Below, piece after piece: positions 52,363-64,000 of a stretch of 64,000 nt of DNA (its first letter is position 1; each line of letters starts with the position of its first letter). The stretch comes from Paraspadella gotoi (taxonomy: Eukaryota > Animalia > Chaetognatha). A program made the translations under genes and the position numbers. The notes beneath the pieces are model-generated. The model saw nothing but the letters and a program-made list of their open reading frames with translations, did not search any database and was not told the DNA's origin. Where the stretch lies: positions 13,321,039 through 13,385,038 of the forward strand of contig CM119271.1 of NCBI GenBank assembly GCA_051294375.1, written 5' to 3'.

Positions 52363-55300
52363 AGGAACGAGAGAGTAGAGCGTAATAGAAACAACTATGG
52401 CTAATTATTTGACCCTTTTTTTTTCGAAAGCGCGCATTTTAAATTCAGAATCAAATTCGTTTATAATGTAAAATTTGGGTTAAATTTCAATGATAAAGAT
52501 TAAGTTAAAGATTATGGTTAAGAATTAAGCTCGGGATTTGGTTAGATTTTTGGTTAAGGATCAGGGTTAAAAAATAAAGTTAAGGATTAGAATGAGGGAT
52601 CAGGTGAGGGTTAGATATTAAAATTAAATTCAGGAATTAGGAATAAAAACTGGACGCCTTTGAAAAATAGTGCCGATTATTTGAATAGAAACGAACTTTT
52701 AAAAAGTATTTTTAAAGCTTTTATGATTAAATATATAAATTAAATAAATAAATATATAAATTAAATAATGAATAAATAAATTAAATAAATAAATATAAAT
52801 ATATAAATTAGATATACAAATATATAAATTAATTAAATAAATATATAAATATATTAATTAATTAAATAAATAAATAATTAAATAAATAAATAATTAAATA
52901 AATAAATAATTAAATAAATAAATAATTAAATAAATACTTAATTAATTAAATAATCAAATAAATAATTAAGTAAATAATCAATTGATTAAATAATTAAATA
53001 ATTAAATAAAGAAATAAATAAATATATAATTAAATAAAAAATAATTAAATAAATAAATAAATATATAATTAAATAAAAAATAATAAAAAAAATAAAAAAA
53101 TATATAATTAAATAAAAAATAAATAAAAAAAATAAAAAATATATAATTAAATAAAAATAAATAAAAAAATATATAATTAAATAAAAAAAATTAAATAAAT
53201 AATTAAATAAATAATTAAATAATTAAATAAATAAATAAAAAAATATATAATTAAATAAAAAATAATTAAATAAATAATTAAATAAATAAATAATTAAATA
53301 AATAAATAAATAGGCAATGAGCTTATGGTTGCCATGTTCATTTGTTTATAATAGTTGAATTAACACACTACTAAATATATTTAATTAATTGGAATACCTT
53401 TATGTAAAGTGCATAGGTGGCACTGTCAGCAAATGCTTTAACTTTGGTGAGAAATTCACAGGATCGAATCCTGGCTAAAAATCTTTTCTTTATTATTGAT
53501 AAATTGTAAAGTTAATTATTTAGATTAATTAGAGAACAGTGTTTATCGTAATCCAAGTGGTTACTCAAGTAGCTGGACCGACCTCGGCTGAAAAGTTCAG
53601 GAGATCCAGTCTACATAATAAATAAAAAAAAAAAAAAAAAAAAGCAGCATCTCACCGTAAAAGCCACGTTGTCCGGCTTCAGGTCGCAATGTACGATCCC
53701 GTTATCGTGAAGATGCTTTATCCCCAAGAGCATCGCGTAGGCCATCCTCCTGACGGCCTCCTCCGAGAATCCCCCGTACCCCCCGGCCTCGTGACGTTCG
53801 TCGACGCTGTGGCCGAGAAACTCGAATACGAGGACCGGGTGTCCGCGGAAGTCAGGGTGGAAGTCTTTGAGGCTGACCACGNNNNNNNNNNCCTCGGGGT
53901 CGGCCTCGGCGAGAGTCTGCAAGAAAGAGACCTCTCGCCGAGCCTCTTCGATAACGAAATCGTTACGACGGAGGATTTTTATTGCGACCGGCTTGAAGGT
54001 TTTGTAGTCGACGGCTGCGAGGACTTGGCCGAAGCCTCCTTGGCCTGTGGAGAGGGAGGGAGAAGAAGAGATAGAGGAAGGGGGGGAAGAGATTGGTAGA
54101 GGGGAAAAAAAAAACAAACAAACAATCATTATTACAAAATATGAAAAACTATTTATAATCGTCATCTTTCGATAATTTTATTACTTTTTCTTAATTTTGA
54201 CCAAGAAAAATAAACATTTTTGAAGGTTGTAGTTATATTTTTTTATTTAACTTTTTATGCTCTATCAGAATCCATCAAAAGAAGTTAAGATTGATTAAAA
54301 AAAAAATTTTATCATTATATAGTAATATTGTAATTTTGATAGCAATAATAAAAGCATTAAACTCGGAACTTTTTTAAAAAAATTCTTTTTTTTTACCTGA
54401 AAGTAGACTTTAAAGTTTTGAACCCCCGCCCCTTTTGAATTTAATTTCATCAGTAGATTTATATTATTAGTAAAACTAGGCGATATTAAATTAAGTCGAG
54501 AGCGTTTCAAAAAATAGTACTTAATGCCCTCTTTTGCCATCAATTTAGATATTGTGGCGGTATAGTTGCACACCGCCTCACGTCCACCATCGTTCAGCCA
54601 ATCCCGTTGGCTCAGAGGGGGAACACACAATACCAAGCGTTACGTTCCATGTTCGGTCCTAACGATTTCCCTCTGCGTTGGCAAAGCGAAACCGTCCTAG
54701 GGTAACCGCGCCAGTGACAGGAGGCGTCACTGAGGGTCGGAAGCCCCCAAAGCCAACAGTGAGACGTCCCATCCCAATGGGCATCACAGGCAACCCGGCT
54801 GTTGCCATGATATACAAAAAAATAGCCCTTGCCTCTCAAAAAAAAAAAAAAACCTAAAATCACCGACTCTAACTTACCAATGACTTTGACGACTTTGTAT
54901 CTGAAGGCGATATGGTCTTCACAAAGATACTTGTAAAAACCATTTTCGTCATCAAAGTCAAGGCGTCCTTCATTGACGAAGTGTTCGTTTTTCCTGCGAA
55001 GTAGAGAAAATTTAAGGTTAATTAAGGTCGCTTGGAACTTTAATTATTGATATTACTGTTTTGATAACCGAAGTGAGTTACGAAATTTTTTTTTTAAAAT
55101 GGTTATTGTTAAAAAAATTATTTAAAAGGGGACTCGAAAAAAATTTTACCTTTGATTTTGATAAGGGTCAAAATAAAATGTAATTTTACAAAAATAAAAT
55201 AAAATTTCGCGGAATTGTCGTGAAAACATTTCAAGATGAAAATGAATTATACTTTCAAGTTTTTAACGAAATAATTACATAATTTCAATCACCCTTTTTT

Positions 55301-55723
55301 TTTAATAACACCGATATATATCAATAAAACGATTATTTTTTACATATTTTACTCATAACAAGTACATGATACACAATTAATTACACAAGTATGATGTACT
55401 AAAATCAGCGGCCATTGGCGCAGGAGGCAATTCATACGCCTCCCAACCCAAAGGTCCGGGGTTCTCGCCCGGTGGTCGCCGGGTAGTTAACAGGGAAGGG
55501 CCGCTTAACCCGCCTGTAACACGGAGTTACAGCCTGATCCGAAGCACAAAACTCATAACAATTATTACCGTCTCGAGTATACATTCGCCACTTACCTTCG
55601 AGCGTCGACGCCGCCGTAGAGAACTTCACCGAAATTCTTCGACTCCTCCTCCTCCCATTCGGTGAGAATCTTCACCGGAGCTTGGGGCTCCGGAGCAGCG
55701 AGTGGCGGAGCCATCTCCGGCAT
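51555..55723 (-). CDS. Divergent DYRK-family (class 2-like) protein kinase; exons 55723-55596, 54993-54878, 54044-53656, 52253-51555 (5' end uncertain)
   Basis: NAPA-like LTEWEEEESKNFGEVLYGG; DH box DDENGFY...DHIAFRY; GQGGFG; VAIK; HCDLKPDN; DLG; RFYRPPE; DMWSFGCILAELLTG; DPHERLT..ALDHPW; GT-AG junctions; 10-N gap at 53882-53891. Confidence 0.9.
52725..53311. repeat. AT-rich low-complexity (TAAA/TAAT)n tract in a kinase intron
   Basis: Almost exclusively A/T with repeated TAAATAAATAAT. Confidence 0.9.
55409..55548 (+). mobile_element. SINE-like family 1 copy in a kinase intron
   Basis: Homologous to 45461-45608. Confidence 0.75.
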
Positions 55724-56572
55724 CGAGCGCGGATGTATCTCCCTATCGCGGAGACGTATCGCGAAACCTTTCACGACTCACGATATAGGGAAAGTGTGGT
55801 CGGGCGGGGGGAGGAGGAGAAGGGTAGGGGGAGGAAGAAATGGAGGATGGAGAGGGGGAGGTGGAAGGAGGAAGATGATTAAGGGGAGAAATATTAGCGT
55901 GAGGAGGTAGGTTTTGGACGAAACGATGCTTCTCGCGAATGGGAGGCATCTTGAGTTGGAGTGAGAATGGAGACGAGAGACGGGAGGAGAGAGAGAGTAA
56001 GATGGAGAGCGAGAGAGAGAAAGAGTTTAGTTTGTGTTGCGAAAAGTTTGGAGATTCGTTTCGGTTCGAAAATACGAGATTGCGATTATTTTTGAGGTCG
56101 AATTTGGAGATAAAATTTCGTTTCGTCAAAAAAGAAAAATTTTTTTTGCGAATAGAGGAAAGTTAGAGACGGGGTCGTGGCTTTTATATGGGGAGATCGA
56201 GGGATCGAAGGAGGAGGAAGAGGAAGAGAGAGACAGAGATAGAGAGATAGAGACAGAGACGCCAAGGAATCGAGATTTTTCGGCTTCTTCGTCGTTTTCT
56301 TCGTCGTCTTCGTTTCCTCTTCTCGCTTCTTTTTTCGACACCATAAATCCTCTGACTGTTCCTTGTCGTTGTTGTCGTCGTCTTCGTCGTTGTCGTCGTC
56401 GTCTTCGTCGTTGTCGTCATCGTCGTCTTCGTCAAAGTGTATCTAGATTTTATCTCATGTAGCTAATTTCTTTATGTAGCATTTCCGTTAATTTCTAAAA
56501 ACAAAATCTAATAATGATAATATTAAATTAAAATTCTATCCAAATCACTTTTGTTTCGAAAATTATCTTTTC

Positions 56573-56612
<40 letters not shown>

Positions 56613-57058
56613 GAGGTAAGGTGAAACGACGCCAAAAAAACTCGACGACTGTTATCAACAGTGTCGTCGTCGTGGTCGTCGTCGTCGTCGTCGTCGCAAA
56701 CGATTCCCTTCTTGGCAAAAGAAAGAAAGTAGTAATATTATATTTTCATTCTCACGTGATTACAAAAATATAAAACGTACGTGAATGAAGGATTCCATGG
56801 TACAGTACTTAGTTTCTGCCAATTTTTTATGAGAACGATGCAGCGTGACATTAGTTATACGACATTTCAAAGAACTTTTAAAAGATCGAGGGACCGGCGC
56901 AACTAAAAATCGCTTGTCAGTTTTAATTAATAATGATTAGTCAGTTAATAAAGATAATAATAAAAATAATAATAGAGGAAACTTTTTATAGTTTGTTTAT
57001 TTTCCTTGCGTTTTAGTAGATAAATTAAAATATAAATTAACTAGACTGTGAGAGAGTC

Positions 57059-57158
57059 TTGATTTAAAGCTTGCTACGTTATTATATTTTAACAGGGATG
57101 AAGGCCTTAAACCACCAAAGCTTGTCCAAAACTACGGGCGAGATAGCTTATTAATAAT
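57059..57158 (+). repeat. Dispersed repeat fragment; second copy inverted at 60643-60751
   Basis: Shared TTGATTTAAAGCTTG...GATG.AGGCCTTAAACCACCAAAGC.TGT...GGGC.AGATA.C.TATT. Confidence 0.6.
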
Positions 57159-58006
57159 TAATTATTATTCATTCTTAAATTGGTTGTATCAATCTCTTTC
57201 AGTTTTTAATCGAGTGACAACAATAATAATTTATTTGAACTGACGAAGGCTGTTACGTAATAACAAACTGAGGCTACTTACAACCGATATTGTTATTTCG
57301 ACTAACCTAATTCTCTATTTCTCGATACTCTTTTTATGTTTTCTTTCGGAACACGAATTCTATGGGACTACTAGCGCTCCCTTTTGTTTTTTAAAGACTT
57401 TCTATAAACAACTAAGAACGAATTCCGACGCCACGCTTGTCGATTGCTCATTGTTTCCCGCCATTGTTTCCCGCCATTGTTTCACCGTTTCCCTGCATTG
57501 TGAATATTTCAACCACGTGGTTCAACTGTGAGTTTTTCGTTAGGCGTTCACTGTTTTTTGATTTAGCTGTATCTTTTTTAAAATAAACTAGATATTTTAA
57601 ATTTGATTTGTTTTAGTTAACTAGCAAGTAGTGAACTTTACTTAGAGAAGCAATTCTTTCGTATAATTTTGGCTTCTAAAACGAGTAAGAGTATCTCTTT
57701 AAAATGTAAATATTCATATTTACTGAGTTTTTTAAAAGAAGCTAGTCGCCTTAAGATCGAGGTTCGATACAAAGGCTAACCCAGACCCAAAACATGTCCT
57801 TTTTTTAATGTAAAATAAACTAATTTATCTGACCAACGCGTGAGTCATCCCGACAGCTCGTTCTGGGTTCTAACTGGGTTGACTCCCGTTCAATTGACTT
57901 TGCAAAGCTATTTCACTAACTAATGAAATGGGTACAACCAATGTAAAAAATTAACTATTTATTAAATTACTAAACTATCTTGTCACCTTAACCTCCGCTA
58001 TGGGAG

Positions 58007-58076
58007 GTTAAAATCTGCCATTTGTTAAAGTCTGCCATTTGTTAAAGTCTGCCATTTGTTAAAGTCTGCCATTTGT
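58007..58076 (+). repeat. 17-bp minisatellite x4 (GTTAAAGTCTGCCATTT)
   Basis: Four tandem copies. Confidence 0.9.
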
Positions 58077-58780
58077 CTCCTGGCCAATGAGAGAGTTCCA
58101 TTCTACTTCCTTCGAATCTTTTACTCGCGTCGCCGATCCGGTTTCTTGAGGTTGATTCCTCTGCGATGAGATAAAAACCTAGAAAAATCCTGTTAACTTT
58201 CAATCAAATTCAAAACTCTGTAGAAGACGAAAAATAGTAATAATAAAAGTAAGAAGAAGGTATAATGTTTTTAAGCTCTTTTAATTGTATAAATCAATTA
58301 CTACCTTACTTCAACGGGGAATACGATATTTAATCGAACTAACATAAAACCGCTCTTCCTTTAAACACCGTATTATAAATCTTATGTTAGTAACTACACT
58401 GGAAAGAAGCCCGAGGTTTCGTAACTTATTGCAGCTAAAAGAAGTGCGTCTATTTCTATTTATAAACTAGCAAACAATTTAACATTCTATAAGAATAAAT
58501 AAATCTTGGAACGCGTGGAGGTCCAAGTTTCAAATCAAGACAAAGAAAGAAAGTTAGCGTCGACTTAATTTGAAAAGTCTAGTCTGTATATGTTCAAATA
58601 CTCCAGTCAAACTCGGTTTTTATCGATGATTAGTCTGAATGAATCGGTTAGTTTTTCACGAGATTTCGATTTTGATATTTAGTAATGCGAAATAATTTTC
58701 TCTTCGGAATAACTTTGACTGAGTTTTTTTTTACCTGGGCTTGTAAAATTGTCACCATGTATTCATTTAAAAAAATTTAA

Positions 58781-58933
<153 letters not shown>

Positions 58934-59447
58934 TAAAGTAAAAATTCTGAATTTAACTTTAATAACAATTTTATAAATAAGGAATGAACAACGTTGCACT
59001 TATTAAAATTAATGCATTAAAAATATTGCATTAAAATTTTTGAAATTTACGCAGTTGGCTATATTACTAATAGTACTAATCCGATAAAGGTTAAAATTTC
59101 GAAATGGTTTTATTGTAAGATTTTTTTTACAGATTTGGATTCGTTACAAAAAGTTGACGGAAAGATAAATGTGAGGCGACTTACCACCGGTCTCTCTCTA
59201 AACCCTTCCTCTCTCCTCTTTCTTCGAGCCGGTCTATTCCACACGGTCTATTCCACAGCTTTGGCAATGACCTTAGATTGACCGGACACAGTAATAGGGC
59301 CGAGGCTACCGTAAGGTCAAGTTGGTCCGGGCGATGATAAAAGTGTATCTTTTTTTAAAAATTCTTTCATCGAATCAAAAATCAGAGATTTTGAAGAGGC
59401 AGTAATGATAGTTGTGTGTCAGTGACAGAACCGTTCAATATAAGCAG

Positions 59448-59968
59448 TAGTTTGAAGTGACATTTGTTTAGTCTTACCTTTGGAGCCCCCCAGTCAGTGA
59501 TAGTGCCCTCTGTGGGTAGTGGGCACGAAACTTACCCCATGTGGTAAGTTAGAAGCCAGATTTTGGACGCCACGCTATGAAGCCCCCTCCTCCCTTTGTT
59601 CTCTCTGGGCTTCCTCTCTACCTCGTGCTCTCTTCCCGCATTCCCTCTTTCCCTCATTCCCTCTCTCCTCTCTCTACCCTCTGCTCCTGCTTCTCACACG
59701 GTATTAGATTTTAACTCCTGCTTCCATTTCTTAACATCAATCTGGATAATTAAAAGGTAAATGCCCACGCGTAACTCGGTCATGTATTAATTAATTATTT
59801 TAGATAACTACACATTAAACAGGGAGGAGGGGGCTTCAAAGCGTGGCGTCCAAAATATGGCTTCTAACTTACCACATGGGGTAATTTTCGTGCCCACTAC
59901 CCATCGAGGGCACTATCACTGACTGAGGGGCTCCAAAGGTAAGTCTAAACAAATGTCACTTCAAACTA
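59448..59968. mobile_element. MITE with ~150-bp terminal inverted repeats
   Basis: 59448-~59600 is the reverse complement of ~59818-59968 (TAGTTTGAAGTGACATTTGTTTAG...GCCCCCTCCTCCCT). Confidence 0.85.
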
Positions 59969-60103
59969 GCAGTCCCTGAGCTTCGGATCAGGCTGTAACA
60001 CAATGTTACAGGCGGGTTAACTGCTCGGCGACCACCGGATTAGAACCCCAGACCTTTGGGTTGGGACTTGGGAGGCGAATGACCTGCCTCCCGCACCAAT
60101 GGC
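59969..60103 (-). mobile_element. SINE-like family 1 copy
   Basis: Reverse complement homologous to 45461-45608. Confidence 0.75.
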
Positions 60104-62037
60104 AAGTGACCACCGGTCTCTCTCCTCTTTCTCCGAGCCGGTCTATTCACACGGTCACTTTGCCCTAGCTTTGGCAATGACCTTAGATTGACCGGACACA
60201 TCAATAGGGCCGAGGAAGGTTTAGAGAGAGAGACCGGTGGTAAGTCGCCTAAACTTATTGTTAAAAATATTTTTGGAAGTGCTTATTTGTAGTATTATAA
60301 TGCTTCTGGCTTAAAAAAAATTTTAAATAGGCAGGTAAGATTTGGCTAAGTTACTGTTATGGTTTAATTTTTATTAATACTTACTTTTATAATGAAATTT
60401 ATTAACGATATTGTCAGATAATTAAATTTATCATGTAAGATTTCTTAATGCATAATAAAAGCGTCAAAAAGGTAAGAAAGTATTTGACAATTTAAGCATA
60501 TTCGTTGTAATCTTTCTAAAATTTTGTTTTACTTACCTGAAAAAAAATTAAATAGGTTTAATTTCGATAGTGATGAAATTGTATAAAATTGTTTAAAATT
60601 CTATAAAATTGGTACAACTAATATAAAAATTATTTATTCATTTAATAAATAGGTTATCTTGCCCCTGCCTTTGAACAGGCTTTGGTGGTTTAAGGCCTCC
60701 ATCACTCTTACAAGATATTGGCATAGCAGGTCCCTACAAGCTTTAAATCAATATATTTTTGTATTTACGTATAACCTAATCCCTAACCCTAATCACTAAA
60801 CTAGTCCTTAACCTAGATTTAACATGGAATGGGTCGTTTTAGAAAAATAAGTCCAGAAAACGGACGTTAACCTCGTGAAAAATTATCCGTTTTTGTTTTT
60901 TACGCTTTGTTTTCGTCATTTTCCAGATTCCTTTTCCCACCGCCCCCCCTCGATCTTAGGACCCTTTTGTGACTCCCCTTTCCGGGGCCGATAAGTGTCT
61001 ACTCTTCTTCTTCCTCCTCCTCTTCCTCCTCAAAGAAAACAAGGATTTCCCTCCTTTTGTTCTTCCATCGATCTTCAAGGAAGGAGGGAGGGAGTAAGGG
61101 AGATAAAGAGGGAGGTAAGGAAAATTGTAACCATTTTGTAGGTAATTTTTTTATGTATAAACATTATTTTTGGTGAATGGACAAGTGCATTGAAAAAAAT
61201 CATTTCTCTCTCACTTTTAAAGATTAATGAAAACCGCAACAGCATGCTCATGCTAAAACCTTATGTTATGTATTAAAGATAAGAAAACCAATTATATTAT
61301 CAATTATAATTATACGAGCTTATTATATTTTTTAAAAATTTTTTTATCAAAATGAATAGTAGATTTACCTCCGATAATGCTTAAAAATATTAAATACCGT
61401 AAAAAAGCATAAGAATTATACTAAAAACAGATGAAGGTTTTCTGAAAGATGGATAAAACGGCTTCAAGATCTCATATTACAAATTAGATTATGTACATTT
61501 AGTAAGGAACTGTATCAATATAAATAAATAATGTTTACATTTAAAAGGCGTCAAAGATAAGTAAACCGTAGAAAAAGGTTTGGATTGGAAGGTTGTTTTT
61601 CTTGGTATGAGACTTTCAGATCGCTAACTATTGAACAATTCTCTTAAAATTAAATTTCCCGCTACTGGGTCAGGATATTTTTCTGGAGGTTTGTGGCACC
61701 GTGGGGAGGTTGAGAGGAGGAAGAGGGGAAGGAAGAAGGTAGAGGAAGAAGGGGAAGAAGTAAGGAGGGAGGGAGAGAGAGATGTGGAGGAAGAGGGGAG
61801 GAAGAAGGGGAAGAAGTAGAAGGGGAGAGAGGGAGATGTGGAGGAAGAGGGGAGGAAGAAGAAGAAGTATGGAGGGAGAGGGAAATGTGGAGGAAGAGGG
61901 AGAGGAAGAGGGGGAAGAATGAGGGAGGGGGAGAGGGAAACGTGGAAGAGAAGACTTGGGATCCATTGTCACCTAAGTTCCCGAAAGTCGTGTTTTGCCA
62001 AAGACGTCGGGGAATCGTTAATCTTTGTCATACGTGC

Positions 62038-62068
<31 letters not shown>

Positions 62069-63213
62069 AGAACAAGAGAGAGGAAGAGAGAGAGGGATAA
62101 AGAGATAGAGGAAGGGTAAGAAGGGACGAGATAAAGAGTTTGTTGAATACGCAAATGTAAAATTGAAACAAACATACATAGATTTATTGTTCAACAAACT
62201 GTGAAGTTTTTTCATGCATCATGTATAGAATTTTTTTGTATACCTTAAAAATTTGCAAATACAAAAAACATAGAAGGAGAGAGAAGGAGAGAAAAACAGA
62301 GAAAGAGAGAGAGAGATAGAGAAATAGTGTGACAGTAAAAAAAAAAAAAAAAAGAGAGAGAGAGAGAGGGAGGAAAGGTTAAGTTTTCATAATAAAAAGA
62401 AATTTGGGAAATTTCCCCTTTTTCTGTGATCGCGTTTAGCGCCACTGCGAGAAGAACACACCTGAGGTCGACGTCGTCATCGTTGTCGTCGTCGTCGTCA
62501 ATTTTGTTTCTTATTCCTTTTCTAAAGCATTAACGCTTGGCACTATTTTCCAAGAGCGCCTCGTTTAGATCCCTAATACTTAATTTTAATTTCAGTGGTT
62601 TAGGGGTTGTATTCTTCTTTTTCAGCAAGCGACCTTCGGTTCGTGCCCCATTGATGTCAATGCTAGTAAGCGGGATAGGATATCTAACCGTAATACCTAA
62701 CCTACTCTCTATCCTTAACCATTAACAAAATTATCAAACCTGAAAACAAACTTGATTTTGAATTTAAGTTGAAATGAGACGCTTTAGGAAAAGTAGGCCG
62801 AATTGGTCGTATTAAATTTTGTTGTATTCTATAATTTGATTTTTTAACGGAGATTAAAAAGATTTACTAGTGACAAAATTGTCAGAAAGACGTACGTTGT
62901 AATCAAAATCAAGATCATGAACAGTTTTGTACAGATAAACATTTAATTGATAAAAGCTTAAAATGTTTTTTTTTAATGAGCTAAAGCTTATTACACTAAA
63001 TAATAAGATAAGATTTTTATTTTTTGTTTCCCAAAAAAATTATTTATCTCAGAATAAATCTCCACTTGATATCGACCTAGAATTCCATGAGTTTTTCCTT
63101 AAATGTTGTAAACAAAACAAATGTTTAGAATCACACGCTTAGAAAATCTTCAAACGCAAAAAAAATAAAATTTAAGTAAAATCGGGGGGTTTATTTTTAT
63201 TAAATCATCGAAA

Positions 63214-63684
63214 ATGAAGCCGACCTTTTTCTTGATCGGGATGTCACTTCTCGGATTTGCGTGCGGAATGACCGGTGAAACTCCGGTCTCATGTTGGTCC
63301 AATCATTACTGTCGTAGTACCGTGATCAACGGAGTCAAGCTGGACGGCTGCTGCATGATGCAAGGTGAGGCATGAAGAAACGAAGTCAGAACCGTCGAAA
63401 CCTATCGACAACCGCGAGTCACCGCATTAAAATATTTGAATCGCCCCCCCCCCCAGCTATTTCGAAGTAATTTGTAAGTATATTGTTAAACGATGTCAAG
63501 AATAATGTAAAAAAATTGTGTCCGACTTGTAGGATCGCCGGTTGGCCAATGCAAAACGAGCTGCAGAGACTTATGCAATGTGCAGCCATTTTTCTGCGGC
63601 GGAGTGGTGACCCGAGTCGGCGCGGCGCATTTCGTCGTCGTCGTCGTCGTCGGCGTCGTCGTCGCTTTGACCGCAACGCGCTGA
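63214..63684 (+). CDS. Small secreted Cys-rich protein (100 aa), probably GPI- or membrane-anchored; exons 63214-63364 and 63533-63684
   Basis: Signal peptide MKPTFFLIGMSLLGFACG; mature region with 8 Cys (CWSNHYCRS...GCCMMQGSPVGQCKTSCRDLCNVQPFFC); hydrophobic end HFVVVVVVGVVVALTATR*; phase-1 GT-AG intron fits; not captured by the ORF track. Confidence 0.75.
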
Positions 63685-64000
63685 AGAGAGCAAGCGCGAT
63701 TATGAAGGCGGGCTGCATGGAGAGAGGCGTGGAGACTAGCAGCGGAGGGCGTATGGGGGGTCAAATATATCGAGCGGTAGTCAATTTTAATAATGAAATT
63801 GAATGAGTAGTTTATGAATTAATGATTTTAAAGCGAATAATAAAACAATAAAACAGTCAGTGCCTCTCTCGATTCGTTGTACTTTTTATTGGCCGACTTT
63901 AGTCAGGATTTTTGGAACGGTTGGTTAAGTTTATTTATCAACAATTAAAAATGGCGACGTGAATGAGGTTATAAAATCGATGGTGAAATTAACGAGATTA

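Larger units (their letters stand above)
59174..60250. mobile_element. Composite element: outer ~34-bp TIRs, ~105-bp internal direct repeats, nested MITE and SINE
   Basis: AGGCGACTTACCACCGGTCTCTCTCTAAACC at 59174 mirrored at 60216-60250; direct repeat ~59205-59305 / ~60111-60215. Confidence 0.7.

Noticed and set aside
54523-54812. SRP RNA, RNase P/MRP or hammerhead ribozyme identity
   Set aside because: The diagnostic motifs (SRP helix 8, P4 CR-I/CR-V pair, CUGANGA…GAAA core) are not properly present
55743-55949. Pro/Ser-rich ORF (MPPIREKH…) as the kinase N-terminus
   Set aside because: Out of frame with the kinase exon; the candidate 39-nt intron gives the wrong phase. It could be real if there is an indel error, but is not supportable as shown
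56184-56435. Thr-rich mucin-like ORF
   Set aside because: Derived from (CGT/TGT)n trinucleotide repeats; no signal peptide or splice support

Overview
Eukaryotic (metazoan, invertebrate-like) genomic DNA with AT-rich, microsatellite-laden introns and GC-rich exons; there are no prokaryotic features. Bases 1-37.1 kb are dominated by one striated-type myosin II heavy-chain-like gene. Its pieces lie on + in the correct order: TATA/Inr at 4.8 kb, first coding exon at 5.6 kb, SH3-like exon at 19.0 kb, and motor, neck and tail at 27.1-37.1 kb. They are interleaved with an extra + copy of the 3' part (1-4743) and two indel-riddled inverted copies (8.7-18.5 kb, 19.4-27.0 kb), each abutting an exact 25-N gap; these look like long-read gap-filling artefacts. 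The most striking biology is that this myosin has only a ~210-245 aa tail, with no LMM filament-forming rod and no head-rod proline. Its last shared exon is followed by an array of about 6-7 short phase-0 candidate alternative terminal exons (two encode PPPPY motifs) plus a three-exon distal ending, i.e. a possible C-terminal cassette system. The remainder holds a small Cys-rich tail-anchored gene (38.2-38.7 kb), a secreted pancreatic-lipase-like gene (40.1-43.5 kb), decayed ABCC/MRP fragments (44.6-46.2 kb and 58.8 kb), MITEs, an 18-bp satellite (48.6-51.1 kb), a divergent DYRK-like kinase on - (51.6-55.7 kb) lacking the activation-loop tyrosines and carrying a 9-Cys insert, two tRNA-headed SINE-like families (one with a twister-ribozyme-like motif), a nested inverted-repeat element (59.2-60.3 kb), and a small secreted Cys-rich, probably GPI-anchored gene (63.2-63.7 kb). 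All gene models were read by eye and are unverified by transcript data.
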